Assembly (NCBI RefSeq): GCF_009914755.1
Contig: NC_060926.1
Length of the DNA stretch: 64,000 nt
DNA from: the human T2T-CHM13v2.0 reference genome, Homo sapiens
Reading direction: 5' to 3' (one strand)
The notes below the pieces were generated by a model, which was not told where the DNA came from, ran no database searches, and saw nothing but the letters and a program-made list of their open reading frames with translations. How positions within the stretch are numbered: position 1 is the stretch's first letter; each line of letters begins with the position of its first letter. The translations under genes were made by a program, and so were the position numbers. Positions 50,824-64,000 of this stretch are shown piece after piece.

Positions 50824-51014
50824 TTACAGCATAGGCCGGTGACAGGAACGAGGAGTGTGGAGATGAGAGCCGACGTGGGCGAGAGTGCATGCAATGCAGG
50901 GTCAGACATTGGATTCATCTCTCAGGAGTTGAAAAAGGTGGCGTTCCTGTTCTTTATTGGCATTGCTTGTGACACGAGGATTGCCCCTCTTCCTGAAGAG
51001 GTTGGTCAGGAAAA

Positions 51015-51621
51015 TTTTTTGTTAACTTTTATTTTAGGTTTGAGGGTCCATGTGCAGGTTTGTTTCATGAGTAAACTCATGTCATGGGGGATGGGTGTAC
51101 AGATAATTTCATCACTGAGGAATAAGCCTAGTACCCGATGGGTATTTTTTCGGATCTTCTCCCTCCTCCCATCCTCCACCCTTAGGTAGGCCCCGCTGCC
51201 CACCGTTCCCCTCCTAATATCCCTGTGTTCTCGCTGTGGAGCTCCCACTTATAAGTGAGAACACGCGGTGTTTGGTTTTCTGTTTCTGCCTTAGTTTGCC
51301 TCCACCTCTATCCATGGTGCTGCAAAGGACATGATCTCGTTCCTTTTTTATGGCTTCATGGTATTCCACGATGTAAATGTACCACATTTGCTTTGTCAAG
51401 TCTACTGTGGATGGGCATTTATGTTGATTCCACATCTTTGCTATCATGAATAGTGTTGTGGTGAACATACACCTGCATGTGTCTTTATGGTAGAACGATT
51501 TAGATTCCTCTGGGTATATACCCAGTCATGGGATTGCTGGGTTGCATGGTAGTTCTGTTTTAAGTTCTTTGCAGAATCACTATGCTGCTTTCCGCAATGG
51601 TTGAACTAATTTGCACTCCCA
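51015..51621 (-). mobile_element. L1PA/L1PB 3' end
   Basis: gctcccacttataagtgagaac...gggtatatacccagt...gggattgctggg. Confidence 0.85.
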
Positions 51622-51749
51622 ATATTATATTGTCTATAGCTGAGAAAGCTGAAATGTAAAGATTAAGTCACTTGTCCTCAGACATGTAGACAGGAAGTGG
51701 TACAGCCAGGACTCAAACCTGCCTCCAGAGCCCGTCCTCCTAAACCTAA

Positions 51750-51920
51750 GTCATGGTTTTCAAAGTGTGGTCCTTGGATCAGCAGCAAAAGCACCACCTG
51801 GGCACTCATTAGACATGGAAATTCTGGGCCTCAACCCGGACCTCAGCATGGGAATCCCTGGGGGTGGAGCCCGGCGGTTTGTGTTTGGGCAGCCCCAGCT
51901 GACTCTGAGGCACCATCAGG
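51750..51920. mobile_element. MER5A DNA transposon
   Basis: gtttttcaaagtgtggtcc...cagcagca...cacctggg...aaattctgggcc. Confidence 0.65.
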
Positions 51921-52459
51921 TTGGAGGCCACAGTGGGTGTTGGTCCCTGCCCTGTGGTAGCAGCCGGCCTCCCTCCTTCATTTCTGTTATTCCATCTCCT
52001 TCTTAAAACAACCCTGTGAGGCCAGCAGGGCAGATGTCGATTTTATTTAACAGATGAAGAAACTGACCCTTGAGGTTTTATGACTTACCCAAAGTCATCG
52101 CATTAGTTTTGGAACTGAAACTTCAATGGCAGATCTTCTGGCTGTTAGTCTGAGACTGGAACTAGTACCCACAAGGACTCTGGGAGCAGTAAGGTCAGAG
52201 CAGGAGCTACTGCTTCATTTCATTGCCTCTAGTGAAGGAGGAGGGGGGTTCCCAGAGCACGGCTTCTTCTCCATGGGTCTAGCCCATGATAGCTGGGTGC
52301 TTACCCTGATGTGCTGATGAGATTCTGCCTTATCTCCTGCAAGCCATTTGTGCTGTGCTAGGATTAAACAGTACACTTTGGAACCTTAGCTGCCCACACC
52401 CTGAGAGCCAATCACGCAGAATCCACAGGAAATCTCGGGGCAGAAGTAGTTTGCCATAA

Positions 52460-53165
<706 letters not shown>

Positions 53166-53314
53166 CATTTCCTGATGCAACTCGTTCACATTCCATCCAT
53201 TATCAACAATCCCCACACCTTCACCTCCTGCCACGGATGCCTGAGGCTGGGGAAGGGGAACTTCATTCTGGTGTGGGCGTCACCTTAGCCACAGAGAACC
53301 TAAAAGAGTGATCA

Positions 53315-55010
<1,696 letters not shown>

Positions 55011-55154
55011 AATTTTTGGTTTTGAAACCGAAGAATAATTAGGAAAATGATGATTATTCCTATTACATGATTATAATTTAAAATAGTTTTGTTGAATGGA
55101 TACGGGTGCTGAAATAATGCATTCTGGGTATCAAATGGATGCTTGGAGTGGATG

Positions 55155-55557
55155 GATAGATTGGATACCTGGTCCCTCCAAATCTCATGTTGAAATCTGA
55201 TTCCTGGTGTTGGTGGTGGAGCCTACTGGGAGTCTTGGGGTCATGTGCCTCTTGGTGCCATCCTCTTGTCCCCTCGGGAAGGAGTGAGTTCTTGCTCTGT
55301 TAGTTTTTGCCAGAGCTGATGTTGAAACGAGCCTGGCACCTCCCGCACTCCTCTCTTCCTTCCTCTCTTGCCATCTGATGCCAGCTCCCCTTCCCCTTCT
55401 GCCATGAGTGGAAGCTCCCTGAGGGCCTCACCAGAAGCAGATGCTGGCGCCATGTTTCTTGTACAGCCTGCAGAACCTTGAGCCAAATAAACCTCTTTTC
55501 TTCATAAGTTACCCAGCCTCGAGTATTCCTTTATAGCAACACAAACAGGCTCGGACA
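55155..55557 (+). mobile_element. MSTB-like MaLR LTR
   Basis: aaatctcatgttgaaat...gccctcaccagaagcagatgctggcgccatg...aataaacctcttttc...tttatagcaacacaaa. Confidence 0.8.
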
Positions 55558-57005
55558 GAACGCCACTGCTGCCTCCCCAACCCCTGTGAGTCCTTCCATG
55601 TACACACCCGCCTCGGAATCTGCTCATTGTGGGAGGACTCTCCAGCTTACCCACTGAGACTGAGTAGCAGTAGACATGCCCCCTTGCGGCCCAAGGAACG
55701 ACTGGTTGGTACATTACTGTGCTAATGGCACTTTAATTGCAGACTTTCAGGGACAAGAAACTTTTGTGTTTCACCCCAGTAAATGACAGGCCCTAAAGTA
55801 AACTGTGAAGGACAATGCCAGCAAAAGTTTGAGGCCTGGCGCTCTTTACAGTAAGGCTTTGTGCGGTGATCTACCCGTTCCAAACCTAAGTTTCCTCGCT
55901 GGCAAAACAGGGATAAAGTTTCTGGTGCACAAATGCCACAGAATTGCTGTGGAGGTCAAGTGGCGTAGTCCATGTGACACCCTGGAGGACTAAATGATGA
56001 AGACAAAGGTGTGTGTGCGAACCATTTTCACCCAGTCCTCTCCTGCTCACCGCCTCTCTCTGAGCTGGGACGTTCACATGCATCGACTTCGGATTCCAGC
56101 TCTAGGTTTGCTGGTTGTGTGCATCTGCTGCATTGCTCCAATTCTGTTCTCTCCTGTGAAAAATGGAGATAACTGGCCAGGTGCAGTGGCTCACACCTGT
56201 CATCCCAGCACTTTGGGAGGCCAAGGCAGACAGATCATCTGAGGGCAGGAGTTCGAGACCAGTCTGGCCAACATGGTGAAACCCTGTGTCTACTAAAAAT
56301 ATAAAAATTATCCGGGCATATAGAGGATGAAAAGAACCAGTGTTCTTTTCATCCTGTACATATTTTGTGACAATTAATGGTAAGAATAGTGTTTCTTTTG
56401 ATGAGATCTATCAAAGGTAAGCAAATTATCAATTTATGATAAAAATCGAGTGCAAATATTTCTATATTTTAAATATTAATATATGAGCAATTACTTTCCA
56501 TATACCCACACGTCGCCCATGTCTAGAGACGGTTTACTGCCATACAGGAAAAGTGGCCTTGACTTTACAGAGCAGGCCTGTGACCTTGCTTCAGTTAAGC
56601 GTGTGCTAACCCAGGAGTTCACTCTCATTACAGCCTGGCATATTCATCTCACTTGCACTGGTCCACGGACGATGATAATAATAAAGGCTCTGCCAGCTGT
56701 AAGTGGAGGGGAGAGAAAGGACCTTCTGTTAAATGCAATCCATTAATTCTTGATCAAGCAGACAGGTCCATAACTTCATCTCACATGCAAGGACTCATTA
56801 GTAACTTTCCTTCTGTCACTCCGTTATTAACATTAAGATTCGGAGGGGAAGAATGACTTTGAAGCCTGTGGCCTCCTCACCTATCTGACCTCTAGGCTTT
56901 CTGCAGCACAGAGATTATACATTCCAGGCACAGGATCCTACATAATAGAGAAGAAATTATATATAAAATATATATATTTTTAATAAAGAAAAGAATATAT
57001 ATATA

Positions 57006-58582
57006 TTTTTTTCTTTAAATGTTTTTATTTATTTATTTATTTTTTTATTGATCATTCTTGGGTGTTTCTCGCAGAGGGGGATTTGGCAGGGTCACAGGAC
57101 AATAGTGGAGGGAAGGTCAGCAGACAAACAAGTGAACAAGGGTCTCTGGTTTTCCTAGGCAGAGGGCCCTGCGGCCTTCCCCAGTGTTTGTGTCCCTGGG
57201 TACTTGAGATTAGGGAGTGGTGATGACTCTTAACGAGCCTGCTGCCTTCAAGCATCTGTTTAACAAAGCACATCTTGCACCGCCCTTAATCCATTTAACC
57301 CTGAGTGGACACAGCACATGTTTCAGGGAGCACAGCGTTGGGGGTAAGGTCACAGATCAACAGGATCCCAAGGCAGAAGAATTTTTCTTAGTACAGAACA
57401 AAATGAAAAGTCTCCCATGTCTACTTCTTTCTACACAGACATGGCAACCATCCGATTTCTCAATCTTTTCCCCACATTTCCCCCCTTTCTATTCCACAAA
57501 ACCGCCATTGTCATCATGGCCCGTTCTCAATGAGCTGTTGGGTACACCTCCCAGACGGGGTGGTGGCCGGCCAGAGGGGCTCCTCACTTCCCAGTAGGGG
57601 CGGCCGGGCAGAGGCGCCCCTCACCTCCCAGAAGGGGCGGCTGGCCGGGCGGGGGGCTGACCCCCCACCTCCCTCCCTGACGGGGCGGCTGGCCGGGCGG
57701 AGACGCTCCTCACTTCCCAGACTGGGTGGCTGCCGGACGGAGGGGCTCCTCACTTCTCAGACGGGGCGGTTGCCAGGCAGAGGGTCTCCTCACTTCTCAG
57801 ACGGGGCGGCCGGGCAGAGACGCTCCTCACCTCCCAGACGGGGTCGCGGCCGGGCAGAGGCGCTCCTCACATCCCAGATGGGGCGGCGGGGCAGAGGTGC
57901 TCCCCACATCTCAGACGATGGGCGGCTGGGCAGAGACGCTCCTCACTTCCTAGATGGGCTGGATGGCGGGGAAGAGGCGCTCCTCACTTCCTAGATGGGA
58001 TGGTGGCCGGGCAGAGATGCTCCTCACTTTCCAGACTGGGCAGCCAGGCAGAGGGGCTCCTCACATCGCAGACGATGGGCGGCCAGGCAGAGACGCTCCT
58101 CACTTCCCAGACGGGGTGGTGGCCGGGCAGAGGCTGCAATCTCGGCTCTTTGGGAGGCCAAGGCAGGCGGCTGGGAGGTGGTTGTAGCGAGCCGAGATCA
58201 CGCCACTGCACTCCAGCCTGGGCACCATTGAGCACTGAGTGAACGAGACTCCGTCTGCAATCCCGGCACCTCGGGAGGCCGAGGCTGGCGGATCACTCGC
58301 GGCTAGGAGCTGGAGACCAGCCCGGCCAACAGAGCGAAACCCCGTCTCCACCAAAAAAATACAAAAACCAGTCAGGCGTGGCGGTGCGTGCCTGCAATCG
58401 CAGGCGCTCGGCAGGCTGAGGCAGGAGAATCAGGCAGGGGGGTTGCAGTGAGCCGAGATGGCAGCAGTACAGTCCAGCTTCGGCTAGGCATCAGAGGGAG
58501 ACCATGGAAAGAGAGGGAGAGGGAGACCGTGGGGAGAGGGAGAGGGAGAGGGAGAGGGAGAGGGAGAGGGAGAGGGAGAGGG
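57006..58582 (-). mobile_element. Full-length SVA retrotransposon (older B-D type): (CCCTCT)n ~58510-58582, Alu-like ~58135-58500, VNTR ~57545-58135, SINE-R ~57050-57545, poly(A)
   Basis: All SVA domains present in order; TSD aagaatatata at 56991-57001 and 58584-58594. Confidence 0.95.
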
Positions 58583-58881
58583 CAAGAATATATACTTTAA
58601 CAGGTAAACAGATCTTGGCTTTTTAACTGCCACCCTCCAAACCCCCAGCAGTATTCTGTCCTGGGCCAACTATCCAGGGTCTTGTGGTCCCTCCAGGATG
58701 ACACGGTATTGGAGGTACTGTGATGAGTTTCCTTGGCACTGGAAGGAATCTTTCTTCCTTAATGCTACATCTATTAATTCCTCTTTGTGGCTATCTGGTT
58801 TGTTGCTACTCGAAGTGTGGTCCCTGGACCAGTATCATCAGCATTGCCTGTGAGCTAATTAGAAATGCAACATATTGGAGC

Positions 58882-59218
58882 TGCTGTGGACTGAATGTGT
58901 GTGTCCCCCCAAAGTGCACATGTTAAATCCTAACCCCCAAAGTGATGGTCTTTGGGTGGTGATGAGGTCGTGAGAGTGGAGTCCCACGATGGCATGAGTG
59001 CCCTTATGAAGGAGGCCCCTGGAGAGCTCCCTCAGCCCTTCTGCAAGGACACAGTGAGAAGAGGCTGTGAACAAGGAAACAGTTCCTCTTCAGACACGGC
59101 ATTTTCTGCCACCTTGATCTTGGGCTTCCAGTCTCCAGAGAGTGAGAAATGAGCATCTGTTGTCCGTAAGCCACTCTGTCTGTGGCACTCTGTATAGCGG
59201 CCCAGATGGACTGAGACA
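58882..59218 (+). mobile_element. MLT1A-like MaLR LTR
   Basis: tgctgtggactgaatgtgtgtgtccccccaaa...ccttgatcttgggcttccagtctccag...gactgagaca. Confidence 0.8.
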
Positions 59219-59418
59219 GCGCCCACCTCCACCAAGTCCACAACTGCGGAATCAGCGTCTGCGTCCCACTGCGATCCCTGGGTGACCCGCTGTTTGTACA
59301 CTGAAGTTGGAGACACACTGATTCTTAGAGAACATTTAACTAATGGATTTAATCCTCTCATTAATGGAAGACTAAGTTGAGGATCTGAAAGGTTAGATGA
59401 TTGATCCAATTATACTTA

Positions 59419-59814
<396 letters not shown>

Positions 59815-59819
59815 AGAAA

Positions 59820-60600
59820 AATGGTTAAAATATGAGCAGAAAAAAATCACACAAAAACGTATAAAACGCTTTAAAATGGTCCTTGAACGTATGAAACCCA
59901 TGGAAGGATGCCAACTTCACTCTGAATTAGAGAATGCAAATTAAATTACATTGCGGTCTCATTTTTCACCTGTCAGATAGAAACAAATTAAAAAGTATGA
60001 TGACACATTCTGTTGGGAATGCTGTGGGAAAACAAGAATTCCCATATGACGCACAGCGCTTTTCTAAGGGAAGGTGGCAATGCGTAACAAAATTACTTAT
60101 GCCTTTACCTTTTGAGGCTGAGATCCCACTTCTAGAAATTTATCCCAAAGGGGCTGCTCCAAAAGCATCCTAACGCATATGCCTAAGTTTATTTGTGGGG
60201 CATTGTTTAAAATTTCAAAATGTTGAGTATGACTCGGATGCAGTCCAAGTGTCTCCACAGAACACGGGCTGGGTGAAAGTGGTCTGACAGCCCAGCGGAG
60301 AGCGACGCCGTGGTGAAAAAGCATGAGGGAGGTCTCCTGAACTGACATGGAGGGATTTCCAGGAAATATGTTTAGGCGAACACAAAATGCAAAAATCAAA
60401 TCCTGCTTTTGTGTAAGAATGAAGGAGAGGTAAGAAAATATACATTCAAGCAAAAAGAAACCCAGGAAGCATGAACCAGAAAGCAAGGTTGGGTGCAGGA
60501 GGGAAGGCAGGGGCCGGTGGAGTGTGGCCTTCTCAAGGGAGTGACCTCCTTAGATGGCTTTGACTTTCAGAAGCAGAGTGTTTCACATATTCAAAAGTCA
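59820..60600 (+). mobile_element. Old L1ME 3' region
   Basis: gagaatgcaaattaaa...atcccacttctagaaatttatccca motifs. Confidence 0.65.
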
Positions 60601-60605
60601 ACAAG

Positions 60606-60900
60606 GGCTGAGCATGGTGGCTCACACCTGTAATCCCAGCACTTCGGGATGCCAGGGTGGGCAGATCACATGAGGTCAGGAGTTCATGTCACCCAGGTTC
60701 AAGCGATTCTCCTGCCTCAGCTTCCCGAGTAGCTGGGATTACAGGCGGGTGGCACCACACCTGGCTAATTTTTGTATTTTTAGTAGAGACAGGGTTTCCC
60801 TGTGTTGGCCAGGCTTATCTCCTGACCTCAAGTGATCCACTCACCCTGGGTGGATTATCCCAAAGTGCTGGGATTACAGGTGTGAGCCACTGCGGCCCAC
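60606..60900. mobile_element. Fused inverted Alu halves (+ 60606-60686, - ~60690-60900)
   Basis: Abrupt strand switch at ...ggagttca|tgtcacccaggttcaagcg. Confidence 0.8.
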
Positions 60901-61909
60901 CTGCATTGTTATTTTGAATGTATTTTCTCATAGTGTCAGATAAAGCAAGTAATTGTATTTTTGTGTTTAGGAAGCAAGGTTTTTATTACAGGAGAAAAGG
61001 AGATGCTATGATAGAATCGAGGATTTCAGAAGGAATTGTTCTGTTAGAAGTGGATTGAGAATGTCAATGTGAACTTGTATCTTTTATGAAAAAATTATTT
61101 TAAATGCCATCTTTCTAAGTTCTGTCCGCTGAAACGGCTTATGAGGAGCCCCACGATGCCTCCTGCTGCCAAAATTCTGGTCTCCAGTACTATTTTTCCA
61201 GAAAAACAAAAACAAAAGTATCAGCACTTCTAGGAGAAAAGGCTCATTCTATGTCTCAGGCAGAAAATTACAAGAGGAGCCTGGAATATCTTGTGCCAGA
61301 AAACAAGATGTTCAGACATTCATAGAAATGACAAGACTCGGCTGCTTATCTAAGAGGGGCCCCTCCTGGTCACAACTGAGACAATTTGAGGATCAAAGGA
61401 GAATATTGGCTGAGACTGATTGATGTACAGCAAATCTGAAATGTCCCATGTCCATAATGATACATAAAAGAGTTAACAAAGTGTTCTAAAAGTAAGTGGA
61501 TTGCATAGATGATATTTCTGTTCATTGTCAATCATGTTGGTATTATCGACTCACTTATTGTATGGTTAAATAATAAAGAAGCTAGTACTAGTAAAACCAG
61601 GAAAACAATCTAATGTAATGATTAGTAGGCATTTCCTAACATAAAATTAGTAGAATGACCCTCTAAGTTGTGATTATGATCCTGAAACTACCTATTAAAA
61701 ATACATGTGCAACCTCTATCAACTTCTATCAGGTTCTAGGTTTTAAAAATCACATTTCTTAGGATCTCATGAGGCTCAAAGCTAAAGAGTTAGAAAGGAA
61801 AAGCATTTATGTATATTAACAGCACATTAACAGCTAAAAAGAAAAACTCACATAATCATATTAGTTCATAGAAACAATGCATTTGACATACTCCAACATC
61901 CATTCATGA

Positions 61910-62222
61910 TTTTATTTTATTTTTTATTTATATTTTTTTTTGAGATGGAGTCTCGCTGTCACCCAGGCTGGAGTGCAATGGCTCGATCTCGGCTCACTGC
62001 AGGCTCCGCCCCCGGCGGTTCACGCCATTCTCCTGCCTCAGCCTCCCGAGTAGCCGGGACTACAGGCGCCCGCCACCTCGCCCAGCTAATTTTTTGTATT
62101 TTTAGTAGAGACGGGGTTTCACCGTGTTAGCCAGGATGGTCTCGATCTCCTGACCTCGTGATCCACCCGCCTCGGCCTCCCAAAGTGCTGGGATTACAGG
62201 CGTGAGCCACCGTGCCCGGCCC
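61910..62222 (-). mobile_element. Young AluY (AluYe-like diagnostics) inserted in an L1 ORF2 fragment (about 61820-62410)
   Basis: aggctccgcccccgg and cgccacctcgccc variants; catgatttt duplicated; flanks match L1 (atacttaatggtgaaagactgaa...ctcaccactcctattcaaca). Confidence 0.8.
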
Positions 62223-63219
62223 ATGATTTTAAAAAAACCTCTCAGAAATAGAAACAGAGGGAACTTCCTGAATTTGATTAAAAATACCTGCAAAATCCTA
62301 GAGCTAATATTATACTTAATGGTGAAAGACTGAATGGTTTTCCCCTAAGATGCAGAACAAGGCACGGATGTCCTTGCTCACCACTCCTATTCAACAAAGG
62401 ACTGGAAACCAGAAATAACTTTAATTTTTTTTTTTTCTCAAGTGATAGGTTCACAGAGAAAAAGCTTTACTGGATGAACTTTTAGATTACTACTTTTATA
62501 GAGCAGCAGAGATAAAAGCCAGGTCGAAAAGTGCATGTGGAGTAAGGAAATGGACCTAGTTCGACAAAAGGGCTCAGAACGACTGCCCAGATGAGATTGT
62601 AGACGCAGCTGTAGTTTACTTTCTATCTGGAAGAAACTTCAAGTTATCCTTAATTTTCCAAGGAGACAGTCACTTACCTTTTAAAAAACATTATTAGAGA
62701 AGCACCGGGCGGGAGCATATCTAGCATTAAAAATGTGGGATGAATACCATCTCTGCTTGGTAAAGGTGGTTGGGAATCCTGAGAGAGGGCACCTAGTGTG
62801 GCTTCTGCATTTTTCACAGTGCCTGGACCACGGCTGAAAGTAACTCTTGCATGACATTTGACAGAAGAGGAAACCGAAGCTCAGATTAAATTCCCTGTCC
62901 ACAGCGGGATCATTCGGCACGAGTTCCTCCCTGTCTGGAATGCTCTTCCCCAGCAATAGATCCTGCGGCTCTTCCGTGTCTCAGTCTAATGTCATTCCGT
63001 TCCAGGATTCCCGACTTCTTAAAGCATAAATAATCCCTCCCCACCCTCTCATTGTACTGTTATGTAAGTTATTACAATATGTCATTATATATTTAGTCAT
63101 ACTGCTTTAGGTAATGTCTTCTCCACTGAACTGTAAGCTCCATGAGGGCAAGAGTTCAGTCGGTTTTACTTAATAATTAGCACCTAGTACAGTACTAGCA
63201 TAGAATGAAGGCCTCGCAA

Positions 63220-63518
63220 TTTTTTTTAAATTTATTTTTAGACAGGGTCTTGCGCTGTCGCCCAGGCTGGAGTGCAGTGGTGCAACCTCGGCTCACGGCA
63301 GCCTCGACCTTTCGGCTCCAGCGATCCTCCCGCGTCGGCCTCCGGGGTAGCTGGGACTGCAGGCGCGCACCACCATGACTGGCTAATTTTTTTTTTTTTT
63401 TTTTTGTAGACATGGGGTCTCGCCATGTTGCCCAGGCTGGTTCCTGAGCTCAAGTGATCCTCCTGCCTCGGCCTCCCAAAGTGCTGGGATTACAGGCGTG
63501 AGCCTCAGCGCCCAGCCA
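63220..63518 (-). mobile_element. CpG-rich AluJ adjoining the RPS7 promoter
   Basis: AluJ body retaining many CpGs. Confidence 0.8.
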
Positions 63519-63539
63519 AGTTAGCCTTTTTTAAACGTC

Positions 63540-63867
63540 CTGTCTCCGGAGGTTGCCGAAGTTGGTTTTCTTCGGCCTCCTTCTCTCTCCCAGGCCCAGG
63601 GCTGGGACGAGGCCGGTTCCCGCCTGCAACCTGCACTGAAGACGGGAACCTTGGGAGCCGGTACCGGAACGCTCGGAAACGGCACCAAAGTACGAATCCT
63701 AGGGCGGAAAAGCGTTACCAAGACACTCGTCCCCAGAGCCGCTTCCTGGGACTCTCTAGCCTCCTACCGCTTCTCAGTGATGTTCCGGTTTCCGCCCTCC
63801 TCCTCGCGCTGTTTCCGCCTCTTGCCTTCGGACGCCGGATTTTGACGTGCTCTCGCGAGATTTGTGT
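63540..63867 (+). promoter_or_regulatory. RPS7 CpG-island promoter: ETS/GABP sites (~63664, ~63783), TGACGT (63843-63848), TCTCGCGAGA palindrome (63851-63860), TCT initiator
   Basis: Motifs seen directly; standard ribosomal-protein promoter layout. Confidence 0.8.
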
Positions 63868-63893
63868 CTCTTCCTAAGCCGGCGCTCGGCAAG
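63868..63893 (+). other. RPS7: 40S ribosomal protein S7, non-coding exon 1 with 5'TOP (CTCTTCCT...CGGCAAG|gtagg); coding exons lie beyond the window
   Basis: Matches the recalled RPS7 5'UTR; polypyrimidine start and consensus donor; expected gene order ADI1-RNASEH1-RPS7. Confidence 0.8.
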
Positions 63894-64000
63894 GTAGGTT
63901 GGCGGCCTGCTCTCCGACAGAACTTTTCTTCTTGGGTTGAGGAAAACGCCTTTTGGAGTCAGGCCCTGGAGGGGCGAGCCTTGCTCACAGGGTGGGGATA

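Noticed and set aside
57217-58669. Cluster of overlapping ORFs
   Set aside because: SVA VNTR and Alu-like sequence, non-coding

Overview
Great-ape (most likely human, chr2p25.3-type) genomic DNA carrying the housekeeping-gene block ADI1 - RNASEH1 - RPS7. On the minus strand are the first two coding exons of ADI1 and the complete 8-exon RNASEH1 CDS (861 nt, 286 aa). RNASEH1 has two in-frame starts and a 9-codon uORF whose stop overlaps the first ATG. On the plus strand are the promoter and non-coding 5'TOP exon 1 of RPS7. The rest is repeat-rich: many Alus, a MER11 solo LTR with TSD, MaLR/ERV1 LTRs, old L1/L2 fragments, DNA transposons and a full-length SVA. Less obvious items: (1) an array of six conserved palindromic NRF1-like cores separated by diverged spacers in ADI1 intron 1; (2) a ~42-unit minisatellite that grew out of the L1 reverse-transcriptase sequence just before the FADD motif; (3) a decayed UBE2N processed pseudogene; (4) two TSD-flanked composite retro-insertions; (5) a G-rich R-loop/G4-prone repeat inside RNASEH1 itself. 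Repeat subfamily names are from recall of consensus sequences, and repeat boundaries are approximate.
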